From assembly GCF_900167605.1 (NCBI RefSeq), contig NZ_FUYH01000015.1, positions 27,472 to 51,471 of the forward strand: a stretch of DNA of 24,000 nt, read 5' to 3'. This document shows positions 13,966 to 22,306 of the stretch, piece by piece; position 1 is the first letter of the stretch, and each line of letters starts with the position of its first letter. Below the pieces are notes generated by a model that saw only the letters and a list, made by a program, of their open reading frames with translations, was not told where the DNA came from and ran no database searches. Both the position numbers and the translations under genes were made by a program. This DNA is from Caloramator quimbayensis. Its GTDB lineage: Bacteria > Bacillota > Clostridia > Clostridiales > Caloramatoraceae.

Positions 13966-15150
13966 ATGGAGAAGCAGACATCAAAAGGTTCAAAGGCTTG
14001 GAAAGAATTTAATAAGCATGTAATGACTGGCATTTCATATATGATTCCAGTACTTATCATGGGAGGACTTATAGGGGCATTTTCTCAGATGATACCTTAT
14101 GTATTTTTAAAGATTGATCCATCTACTTCTATTGTAGATGCGGTTAATTCAGGGAATTTTTCAGGGGCAAGCCTTGCCTTCTTAAAGCTTTCACATATAA
14201 TGGAAAGTTTTGGATTTACGCTGTTCAGCTTTGCTATACCAATGTTTGCAGCTTTTACAGCAAACTCTATTGGAGGAAAGACTGCACTTGCGGCAGGATT
14301 TATAGGAGGTTATGTTGCTAATAAGCCAATTGCTCTTCTTTCATTAACTGAAGGGAAATGGGCTCCAAAGGCTCCAGTTGCATCAGGGTTCCTTGGAGCA
14401 ATACTTATAGCTTTTATGGTTGGTTATTTTGTAAAATGGCTGAATAAAAAGATACAGCTTCCACACAACTGGCTTGCATTTAAGGCAACATTTTTAATTC
14501 CTCTTCTTGCAGCATTATTTACAATGGTAGCAATGGTATTTGTTGTAACTCCATTTGGAGGATGGGTAAATACATTAATAAAATCAGGACTTCAGGCGGC
14601 GGGTAAGGCTGGACAAATAGTTTATTCGATAGTTCTTGCAGCAGCAACAGCCTTTGACCTCGGAGGACCAGTTAATAAAGCAGCTGGATTTGTGGCCCTT
14701 GGATTTACTACTGAAAAGATTCTTCCAATAACAGCAAGATGTATTGCGATAGTTACTCCATCCTTTGGACTTGGTTTATCAACTTTAATAGACAGAAAGC
14801 TTGTGAGAAGAAGAGTTTATGATAAACAATTTTATGAAGCAGGAAAAACAGCAATATTCCTTGCATTCATGGGTATTTCTGAAGGTTCTATACCTTTTGC
14901 CCTTGAAAGACCAGCCTTTGTAATTCCTTTATATGTAGTAGGTTCAGTATTTGGTGCCCTCGTAGCAGTTGTTCTTGGAGCAGTTCAGTGGTTCCCAGAA
15001 TCTGCAATATGGGCTTGGCCATTGGTATCTAAGCTTGGAATATATATACTTGGTTTAATAGTAGGTGCTGTATTTATTGCAGTTATAAACGTATTATACA
15101 GAAATAAACTTATAAATGAAGGAAAACTTGTTGTTGATGGAGATGAATAA
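13966..15150 (+). CDS. PTS EIIC permease, fructose family
   Basis: GGGGGA Shine-Dalgarno. 394-aa polytopic membrane protein with fructose-type EIIC hallmarks (FDLGGPVNKAA, MGISEGSIPFA). Confidence 0.9.
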   Translation: MEKQTSKGSKAWKEFNKHVMTGISYMIPVLIMGGLIGAFSQMIPYVFLKIDPSTSIVDAVNSGNFSGASLAFLKLSHIMESFGFTLFSFAIPMFAAFTANSIGGKTALAAGFIGGYVANKPIALLSLTEGKWAPKAPVASGFLGAILIAFMVGYFVKWLNKKIQLPHNWLAFKATFLIPLLAALFTMVAMVFVVTPFGGWVNTLIKSGLQAAGKAGQIVYSIVLAAATAFDLGGPVNKAAGFVALGFTTEKILPITARCIAIVTPSFGLGLSTLIDRKLVRRRVYDKQFYEAGKTAIFLAFMGISEGSIPFALERPAFVIPLYVVGSVFGALVAVVLGAVQWFPESAIWAWPLVSKLGIYILGLIVGAVFIAVINVLYRNKLINEGKLVVDGDE

Positions 15151-15157
15151 TATAGTG

Positions 15158-15190
15158 TTAATGCAGGATTGAATATCAATCCTGCATTAA
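15158..15190 (+). other. Perfect 14-bp stem-loop between EIIC and the M24 peptidase gene
   Basis: TTAATGCAGGATTG (15158-15171), loop AATAT, CAATCCTGCATTAA (15177-15190). It is followed by TATTAATAAGG, so there is no clean U-tract. Confidence 0.6.
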
Positions 15191-15212
15191 TATTAATAAG
15201 GAAGGTAATATT

Positions 15213-16283
15213 ATGAAAAGATTAAATAAAATAAGGGAAATAATGAAAGAAAATTTTTTAGATGCGTTTTTAATAAATTCTCCCTATAATAAATTCTATT
15301 TGGCAAATCTATATAGCAACTCAGGATATCTTCTTATAACAAGAAACAATCAATATGCTCTCGTAGATTCGCGATATTATGTTCAGGTAAAAGAAAATGC
15401 AAAGGAATTTAATGTTATCGAAATTTCAAAGGAAAGAACGATTTTTGATTTCTTAAATGAGGTTATTAAAAAAGAGAGTATAAAGAAAATAGGAATTGAA
15501 GGAGATAATCTTACTTATGATAATTATATGAAGTTGGCTGAGAATGTTAAAGTAGTATTTTTAAGCATTTCTTTAGATAGCCTAAGAGCGATAAAAACTT
15601 CGGAAGAAATTGAAAAAATTAGAACAGCTGCTCAGATAGCTGATAAAGCGTATAAACACATACTGTCTTTTGTAAAAGAAGGAATGACTGAAAAGCAGGT
15701 TGAAAGAGAACTTGTAAGATATATTAAAGAATGCAATGGAGATAAGGAATCTTTTGACATAATTGTAGCTTCAGGAGAAAGGGGTGCTCTTCCCCATGGA
15801 AAAGCATCGGAGAAAATTATAAAAAGAGGAGAATTTGTAACTATTGATTTTGGCGTAAATTATAATAACTATTGTTCGGATATGACTCGAACCTTTTTGC
15901 TTGGAGAAGCTTATAATAAAGAAATGATAAAAATTTATGAGATTGTAAAAAAAGCTCAGTGGGAAGCTGTAAAGAGCGTTAAAGAAGGTATAACTGCTTC
16001 GTATCTTGATAGTATAGCAAGGAATATTATCGAAAAAGAAGGATACGGAAAGAATTTTGGCCATAATCTTGGCCATGGAGTAGGCATTTTGGTTCATGAA
16101 TATCCTATAATTGGAAAGGGAAATGACATATTTTTGGAGGCAGGAATGATTATTACCATCGAACCTGGAATTTACATAGAGGGGCTTGGAGGAGTTAGAA
16201 TAGAAGATGATGTACTTGTAACTGAGGAAGGTTTTGAAGTTTTAACTAACAGCGATAGAGAACTTATTTCTGTAAAGGGGTGA
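15213..16283 (+). CDS. M24B-family Xaa-Pro aminopeptidase/dipeptidase (PepP/PepQ/YpdF-like)
   Basis: AAGGAAGG Shine-Dalgarno. Pita-bread metal-ligand motifs VTIDFG, CSDMTRT, GHNLGHGVGILVHEYP, ITIEPGIY and GGVRIEDDVLVT. Length is 356 aa. Confidence 0.9.
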   Translation: MKRLNKIREIMKENFLDAFLINSPYNKFYLANLYSNSGYLLITRNNQYALVDSRYYVQVKENAKEFNVIEISKERTIFDFLNEVIKKESIKKIGIEGDNLTYDNYMKLAENVKVVFLSISLDSLRAIKTSEEIEKIRTAAQIADKAYKHILSFVKEGMTEKQVERELVRYIKECNGDKESFDIIVASGERGALPHGKASEKIIKRGEFVTIDFGVNYNNYCSDMTRTFLLGEAYNKEMIKIYEIVKKAQWEAVKSVKEGITASYLDSIARNIIEKEGYGKNFGHNLGHGVGILVHEYPIIGKGNDIFLEAGMIITIEPGIYIEGLGGVRIEDDVLVTEEGFEVLTNSDRELISVKG

Positions 16284-16287
16284 TGTT

Positions 16288-17484
16288 ATGTATGATTTTG
16301 ATATAAAAACAGATAGAATAAATGAGAGATGTAGAAAATGGGACAAAAAAATAATAAAAGAACATTTTGAAGATGTATCAGATGACTTTATTCCTTTGTG
16401 GATTGCGGATATGGATTTTAAAGCCCCTGACAATATACTAAATTCTTTTAAAAGAGCAATCGACATAGGAGTGTTTGGATATACTTATGTTTACGATGAA
16501 TTTTATGATGCAGTAATAAGCTGGCAGAAGGATATGCATGGAGTAGATATTTATAAAGACTGGATAACTTTAAGCTATGGAACGGTATCTACTCTGCATT
16601 ATATTGTTCAGGCATTTTGCAATGAAAATGATTCTATATTAATGAATACTCCTGTATATGAACCCTTTAATGGTGCAGCAATAAAACAGGGAGTAAGATG
16701 TATTTATAATAAATTAAATATTATTAATAACAGATATTACATAGATTTTGAAGAAATAGAATCTCAGCTTAGAGAATTTAAACCAAAGTTATATTTGCTT
16801 TGCTCACCTCACAATCCTTCAGGGAGGATATGGAGCATCGATGAATTAAGAAAAATTGCAATGCTTTGCAAACAATATAAAACTATTCTTGTTGTCGATG
16901 AAGTACATGGAGAGCAGATACATTTTGGAAGATTTTATTCTATTCTTTCCTTGGAAGAGGAATTAACGGATAATATAATATTGCTCTCTTCCCCAAATAA
17001 GGCTTTTAATTTGGGAGGGCTTAAAACTTCATATTCAATTATTCCAAATAAAAATATAAGAGAAAGGTTTAGAGAAAGGCTTTCTAAAAATTCGATAACT
17101 TCACCAAACGTATTTGGAATAATAGGAATAATATCAGCCTATAATGATTGCAAAGACTATCTTAAGGAAGTTACAAAATATATTTATGATAATTATATAT
17201 ACGCTGCAGATTTTATTGATAATAAAATTTCTAAACTCTCCTATATGAAAATGGAGTCTTCATATCTTTTATGGGTAAACATTAGTAAAACAGGAATTAC
17301 ATCTACTGAATTTACTAAATTTTTATCATCAGAATATGGTGTTTTGGTTGAGGACGGGAATAATTTTGTTTGTGATGGTGAAGGCTGGATAAGAATTAAC
17401 CTTGGAACCCAAAGAGAAAATATTAAAAAGGCTATGGAAAGGATAGAAAAATGTGTTCAAAATTTAGATAAGATTTTTTCATAA
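16288..17484 (+). CDS. MalY/PatB-family PLP-dependent C-S beta-lyase (cystathionine beta-lyase-type aminotransferase fold)
   Basis: Starts 4 nt after the M24 gene stop. Motifs DRINERCRKWD, IPLWIADMDFKAP, CSPHNPSGRIW and SSPNKAFNLGGLK (PLP lysine) are typical of MalY/PatB. Confidence 0.9.
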   Translation: MYDFDIKTDRINERCRKWDKKIIKEHFEDVSDDFIPLWIADMDFKAPDNILNSFKRAIDIGVFGYTYVYDEFYDAVISWQKDMHGVDIYKDWITLSYGTVSTLHYIVQAFCNENDSILMNTPVYEPFNGAAIKQGVRCIYNKLNIINNRYYIDFEEIESQLREFKPKLYLLCSPHNPSGRIWSIDELRKIAMLCKQYKTILVVDEVHGEQIHFGRFYSILSLEEELTDNIILLSSPNKAFNLGGLKTSYSIIPNKNIRERFRERLSKNSITSPNVFGIIGIISAYNDCKDYLKEVTKYIYDNYIYAADFIDNKISKLSYMKMESSYLLWVNISKTGITSTEFTKFLSSEYGVLVEDGNNFVCDGEGWIRINLGTQRENIKKAMERIEKCVQNLDKIFS

Positions 17485-17497
17485 ATTAAATTTTGAT

Positions 17498-17521
17498 GGC
17501 CGGATAATTCCGTCCTTTTTT
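17498..17521 (+). terminator. Rho-independent terminator ending the PTS-peptidase-lyase cluster
   Basis: GGCCGGA (17498-17504), loop TAAT, TCCGTCC (17509-17515), 7 bp with one mismatch, then T6 (17516-17521). Confidence 0.55.
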
Positions 17522-17552
17522 ATGGTAAATTATTATAATGAATAATTCATAT

Positions 17553-17581
17553 TTGCTTACCAACTGATAAGTATTTATAAT
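17553..17581 (+). promoter_or_regulatory. Candidate sigma-A promoter of the two-component system
   Basis: TTGCTT (17553-17558), 17-nt spacer, consensus TATAAT (17576-17581), 42 nt upstream of the kinase ATG. Confidence 0.45.
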
Positions 17582-17623
17582 AAATCTGTGAATGAAGTTA
17601 TGAATTTATTTAAGGGGTAGATT

Positions 17624-19129
17624 ATGGGAAAAACTAAAGTATTCAAAAAGACAATTGTTTCAACAATAATTTTTACTTTTCTACTTGTTATTATAATAAT
17701 GAGCAGCGGATATATATTTTTAGGAAATTTAAAGGAAAAGGCAAAAGAACGTTATGATAATCTAATGAGGATTAATATAACTATAGGCAGCTCCTCATTA
17801 GAGCTTAATAACAGCTTTAACTATTTTGATAAATATATAAAAACAAGGGATAAGGATTATCTTAATAAATACAATATGTCAATTGAAAAGGTTAAGAATA
17901 ATGTAAATTCTATAGAAACTAATCCCAATATAAATACTGAGTGTGGAATTTATATTAGGAACATAAAAAATATGCTTGAATGGTATGACGAGCAGATAAA
18001 ACTGCTGACTAAAAAAGATATACTCGAAAAATCTGATTACAACAAAATAATGGAAGTAAAGAGCATGTACATTCATATAAATAACCATCTTCAAAAAACA
18101 GCAGTTTCGTTTTTGTTTTACAGCAACAATACATATAACGAAATACTTGTAAATAACAAAAAAGTAGAGCAGCAGATACAAAAGATTATTTTTTTAATTA
18201 TAATCATTTCTATTATGATAGTTATTGCAGTCAGCTTAAATATAAAAAACACTATGTGGCAAATACTAAAAAATATTGAAAGGCTTTCAAATGCAGATTG
18301 GGAAATTGAGGACATGAAGGAGCAAAAGTATGAAGAATTAAATATATTAGCAGAGGCCTTTAACAAAATGAAGCATAGCATAAAAAAATATATAAATGAA
18401 ATAAATGAGAAAGCTGAAATTGAAAACAAATATAACCAAGAAAAAATCAAAAATATTGAAAAAGATAAAATTTTAAGAGATACTCAATTAAGAGCTTTAA
18501 AAACGCAGATTAATCCACACTTCCTATTTAATGCATTAAATACAGTATCAAGATCTGCCCTTTTTGAACCAAGTGAAAATACGGTTAAACTAATTGAAGC
18601 TATATCAAAGATATTAAGATATAACCTAAACAGTATTGATGATTTTGCTGAATTAAAGGAAGAGATAAATATTTTAAAAGCATATGCACTGATTCAGGAA
18701 ACGAGATTTAAAGACAGAATGAGTTTTAGCTTTGAAATCGAAAAGGATGCTGAAAATATAAAAATACCAAGAATGATTTTGCAGCCTTTAGTAGAAAACG
18801 CTATTTCCCATGGAATTGATGAAAAAGAAGAAGGAGGGGATATATTTGTACATGCCCAAAAAGATAATGAATGCATAAAAATAACGATATCTGATAATGG
18901 GATGGGAATGAATGAAGACACTATACAGAAAATACTAAAAAAACAGTTTAAGGGTATTTCAAAAAAATCTTCAGGATTAGGAATATCCAATATTTTAGAG
19001 CGTTTAGAACTATATTATAGAGATAGATTTTCTTTTAAAATAGAATCTAAACTAAACAAAGGTACAAAAATATCTATAAATCTGCCTATTGCTCGAGGTG
19101 ATTATTTTGCTGAAAATTATGATAGCTGA
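17624..19129 (+). CDS. Sensor histidine kinase, YesM/LytS-type (His_kinase PF06580-like plus HATPase)
   Basis: Two TM segments flank an extracytoplasmic domain of about 150 aa. A HAMP-like linker follows, then the H-box INPHFLFNALNTV, the N-box QPLVENAISHG, and the G-boxes DNGMGM and GLGISN. Confidence 0.9.
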   Translation: MGKTKVFKKTIVSTIIFTFLLVIIIMSSGYIFLGNLKEKAKERYDNLMRINITIGSSSLELNNSFNYFDKYIKTRDKDYLNKYNMSIEKVKNNVNSIETNPNINTECGIYIRNIKNMLEWYDEQIKLLTKKDILEKSDYNKIMEVKSMYIHINNHLQKTAVSFLFYSNNTYNEILVNNKKVEQQIQKIIFLIIIISIMIVIAVSLNIKNTMWQILKNIERLSNADWEIEDMKEQKYEELNILAEAFNKMKHSIKKYINEINEKAEIENKYNQEKIKNIEKDKILRDTQLRALKTQINPHFLFNALNTVSRSALFEPSENTVKLIEAISKILRYNLNSIDDFAELKEEINILKAYALIQETRFKDRMSFSFEIEKDAENIKIPRMILQPLVENAISHGIDEKEEGGDIFVHAQKDNECIKITISDNGMGMNEDTIQKILKKQFKGISKKSSGLGISNILERLELYYRDRFSFKIESKLNKGTKISINLPIARGDYFAENYDS

Positions 19130-20627
19130 AGATGAGATTCTTGAAAGAAAAGCATTAAGATATTTATTAGAAAAATACTATAAAAACAATCTTGAAATTG
19201 TGGCAGAAGCTTCAAATGGAAGGGAAGCTGCTGATTTTGCAATTGAATTAAAGCCGGATATAATTTTGATGGACATTAAAATGCCTGTACTTGATGGACT
19301 TGAAGCAGGTAAGATAATAAAAAGCGAATTGCCTGAAACAGAGATTGTAATACTTACGGCTTTTAATTATTTTGAATATGCAAAGGAATCTATAAAAATT
19401 GGAGTTGCAGATTATTTATTAAAGCCATATTCTAATGAAGAATTTGCCAATATAATAGATTCTTTGCTTAACAAATTTTATATTAAAAAACTTCTTAAAA
19501 ATAAAAATGAGCAGATGGAAAAGAAATATACTGAACTATTATCCCTTGCGGAAAATGAAATAATTTTAAATTTAATTTATTCTCATAAGCCTGAGAGAGT
19601 GCAGATTGAAGAGTACAAAAAAATATTAAATATACACAGTAATAAATATTGCTGTCTTATATGTTTACTAAAGGATGATTTAAAGGATGAAAATGTTGAA
19701 ATTATAAAAGATGAATTAAAATGTTTTTTTACTGAAGTTATTGGAGGAGTTAATAAAAAGGAAGCAGTTTTTTTAATATTCGATGATAACATAGGTAAAA
19801 AGCTTAATAAAACCATTTTAAAAAAAGTGTTTGATAAGAAAGATATTATTTTGTCCTTTGGAGTTGGAATTATTGAAGATGATTTGAAAAATTTTTATTT
19901 ATCATATAAAAAAGCAAAAAAAGATTTATATGAAAATCAAGCTTTAAATGAAGAAGAGGAAAATATATTTGAAAAAAATAATAATGCATATTATAAGCTG
20001 CTTAGAAGCTTTATTGATAATGATATTAACCAATTCAATATAATTTTTGAGGAATTGATTCTATTGAGATTTAATTCTAAGGATTGCTATGAAATAAATC
20101 AATATAAAATTTTTATTTCAGAAATTTATGAATATCTGATAACTAATATACCAAATTATTTTAAAAAGAATATAAATAAAGACGAAATTTTAATTTTTAA
20201 TGAAGAAATAAATAAAATAAATAAAATTGAAGATGTTACACTTTTACTTAAAGAAAAGATAAAAAACCTTATGATTTTATTTAAGCGTATTAAAGAAGGC
20301 GAAAGTTTAGGTGTAATTGAAAAAGCTAAAAACTATATTGAAGAAAATTATATGAAAGATATTACTCTTGAGAAGGTAGCTAATTATGTTTCAATGAGCA
20401 GTTTTCATTTCAGCAGGATTTTTTATGACGCTGAGGGAATAAATTTTAAGGATTATTTAATTAAGATAAGGATGGAAAAAGCAATAAATATGCTTTTAAA
20501 GGAAAAGAAAACTATAAAAGAAATAGCACAGGAGGTTGGGTACCCAGATCAAAATTATTTCAGCAGGGCATTTAAGAAATATACGAATTCATCTCCAACA
20601 GAATATTTTAAGAAGATAATTAATTAA
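19107..20627 (+). CDS. Response regulator with AraC-type HTH output (YesN-like)
   Basis: REC domain (KIMIAEDE, ILMDIKMPVLDG, LLKP) and a C-terminal AraC HTH (VSMSSFHFSRIF, GYPDQNYFSRAFKKYTNSSPTEY). I prefer TTG 19107 (GAGGTGA at 19095-19101) as the start. The track start at 19089 and ATG 19119 remain possible. It overlaps the 3' end of the kinase gene. Confidence 0.85.
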   Translation: MLKIMIAEDEILERKALRYLLEKYYKNNLEIVAEASNGREAADFAIELKPDIILMDIKMPVLDGLEAGKIIKSELPETEIVILTAFNYFEYAKESIKIGVADYLLKPYSNEEFANIIDSLLNKFYIKKLLKNKNEQMEKKYTELLSLAENEIILNLIYSHKPERVQIEEYKKILNIHSNKYCCLICLLKDDLKDENVEIIKDELKCFFTEVIGGVNKKEAVFLIFDDNIGKKLNKTILKKVFDKKDIILSFGVGIIEDDLKNFYLSYKKAKKDLYENQALNEEEENIFEKNNNAYYKLLRSFIDNDINQFNIIFEELILLRFNSKDCYEINQYKIFISEIYEYLITNIPNYFKKNINKDEILIFNEEINKINKIEDVTLLLKEKIKNLMILFKRIKEGESLGVIEKAKNYIEENYMKDITLEKVANYVSMSSFHFSRIFYDAEGINFKDYLIKIRMEKAINMLLKEKKTIKEIAQEVGYPDQNYFSRAFKKYTNSSPTEYFKKIIN

Positions 20628-20646
20628 AAGGCTTTTGAGCCTTTTT
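20626..20646 (+). terminator. Weak AT-rich terminator after the response regulator gene
   Basis: AAAAGGCT (20626-20633), loop TTTG, AGCCTTTT (20638-20645) plus T. A second AT-rich palindrome, TTTTTGCTAA (20649-20658) / TTAGCAAAAA (20669-20678), follows. Confidence 0.45.
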
Positions 20647-20763
20647 AATTTTTGCTAACTTTTGAAAATTAGCAAAAAAAGAAAGAAACACAACAACATA
20701 ATACATATATTAAAATTAACTTCTATCTTAGAATTAAGGTATAAAAATTAAAGGGGGATTAAC

Positions 20764-21783
20764 ATGAAACTTAAAAAACTAATCACAATTATTATGTCTT
20801 TAGCATTAATAAGTTCATTTTTAGGATGTTCAAGCAAATCAACAAACAATTCTACAAGCAATTCAAATCAAGAACAAAAACAAATCGTTTTAAGACTTTC
20901 AGATACTCACCCAGACGGGTTTGTAACTGTAAGAGCTGATAAGGAATTTGCAAGACTTGTTGAAGAAAATTCAAATGGAAGAATAAAAGTTGAAGTTTAT
21001 CCAGGAGGACAGCTTGGAGATGAAAAGAGCGTAATTGAACAGGTTCAATTTGGAGCTATTGATTTAGTAAGAACAAGTATTTCTCCTTTGGCAGAATTTG
21101 ATAAAGAATTAAGCGCTTTGATGCTTCCATATCTTTATAGGGATACTGAACATATGTTTAGAGTACTCGATGGTGCAATAGGAGAAAAGATATTTAAAAA
21201 CCTTGAAAATTATAAATTTGAAGGATTATGCTGGTTTGATGCAGGCTCAAGAAACTTCTACAACACTAAGAAAGAAGTAAAGAAGCCAGATGATTTAAAG
21301 GGATTAAAGATTAGGGTTCAAGAGAGCAAGATGATGATGGATCTTGTTAAGGCTTTAGGAGCTTCACCAACACCTATGGCTTACAGCGAAGTATACAGCG
21401 CTCTTCAAACAGGAGTAATAGATGGAGCTGAAAACAACTGGGCAAGTTACCTTTCTTCAAACCACTTTGAAGTTGCAAAATATATAACAACTGATGAACA
21501 CACAAGAGTTCCAGAAGTTATTATTATGAGTAAGATTACTTGGGACAAGCTTTCTGCTGATGATCAGAAGATAATAAAGGATGCAGCTGTAAAGGCTGGA
21601 TTATATCAAAGACAGGAATGGCAAAAGGATGAAGAAGCAGCTAAAAATCAATTAAAGGATAAGGGTGTAAAAATTACAACTCTTGAAAGCAATTCTGAAT
21701 TCCAAGATAAGGTAAAAGTATTATACGATGAATACGGTAAGGAATATAAGGATTTAATTAATGAAATTATTAATACAAAATAA
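20764..21783 (+). CDS. TRAP transporter substrate-binding lipoprotein (DctP family)
   Basis: GGGGGA Shine-Dalgarno. Lipobox LGCSS with a Ser/Asn-rich linker. DctP-family pattern (LRLSDTHP, GGQLGDE, VQFGAIDL, LKIRV, ALQTGVIDGAEN). Confidence 0.9.
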   Translation: MKLKKLITIIMSLALISSFLGCSSKSTNNSTSNSNQEQKQIVLRLSDTHPDGFVTVRADKEFARLVEENSNGRIKVEVYPGGQLGDEKSVIEQVQFGAIDLVRTSISPLAEFDKELSALMLPYLYRDTEHMFRVLDGAIGEKIFKNLENYKFEGLCWFDAGSRNFYNTKKEVKKPDDLKGLKIRVQESKMMMDLVKALGASPTPMAYSEVYSALQTGVIDGAENNWASYLSSNHFEVAKYITTDEHTRVPEVIIMSKITWDKLSADDQKIIKDAAVKAGLYQRQEWQKDEEAAKNQLKDKGVKITTLESNSEFQDKVKVLYDEYGKEYKDLINEIINTK

Positions 21784-21813
21784 CAAGCCTTTTCTAAAGG
21801 AGGAGGTTATATA

Positions 21814-22302
21814 TTGAAGAGTTTTTCAAATTTACTTAATAAAATTAGTACCTTTTTCGAATATTTAGCATCTATATTTTTAGGATTGATGATTATAATC
21901 GTTAGTTTTCAGGTTTTTACCAGATTCTTTTTCAGTTTTACCTTAAGATGGTCTGAAGAAATTACAATGCTCCTTATGGTGTGGTTCGGGTTTATAGGAA
22001 TTGCCCTCGGAGTTAAAAATGATATTCATCTATCAATAGAAGCCATAGTAAATTTATTTTCTAAAAACACAAAAAAGATAATTTATAAGATAGATGAGCT
22101 TATCACTTTGATATTTGGAATATTTACAGCGTTTTACGGCTTTAGATTGGTTGTAGAGGCAAAGGGTTCAACTTTGCCCGCAACTCAATGGCCTTCATCA
22201 ATGCTTTATTTAATGGTTCCATTGTCAGGCTTGCTTATAATACTATTCTCAATCAATAGATTAGCAGGATTTAAGGCAGTTAATGAGGAAAATCAGAGGT
22301 GA
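21814..22302 (+). CDS. TRAP transporter small permease (DctQ family)
   Basis: TTG start follows GGAGGAGG. 162 aa with four hydrophobic segments and the motif RWSEEITMLLMVWFGFIG typical of DctQ. Confidence 0.85.
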   Translation: MKSFSNLLNKISTFFEYLASIFLGLMIIIVSFQVFTRFFFSFTLRWSEEITMLLMVWFGFIGIALGVKNDIHLSIEAIVNLFSKNTKKIIYKIDELITLIFGIFTAFYGFRLVVEAKGSTLPATQWPSSMLYLMVPLSGLLIILFSINRLAGFKAVNEENQR

Positions 22303-22306
22303 AAAT

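Noticed and set aside
20710-20753. AT-rich direct repeats (TTAAAATTAA, TTAGAATTAA, AAAATTAAA) upstream of dctP as a defined regulator operator.
   Set aside because: Such A/T decamers are expected by chance in about 25% G+C intergenic DNA. They are mentioned only as context in the TRAP finding and are not annotated as a feature.
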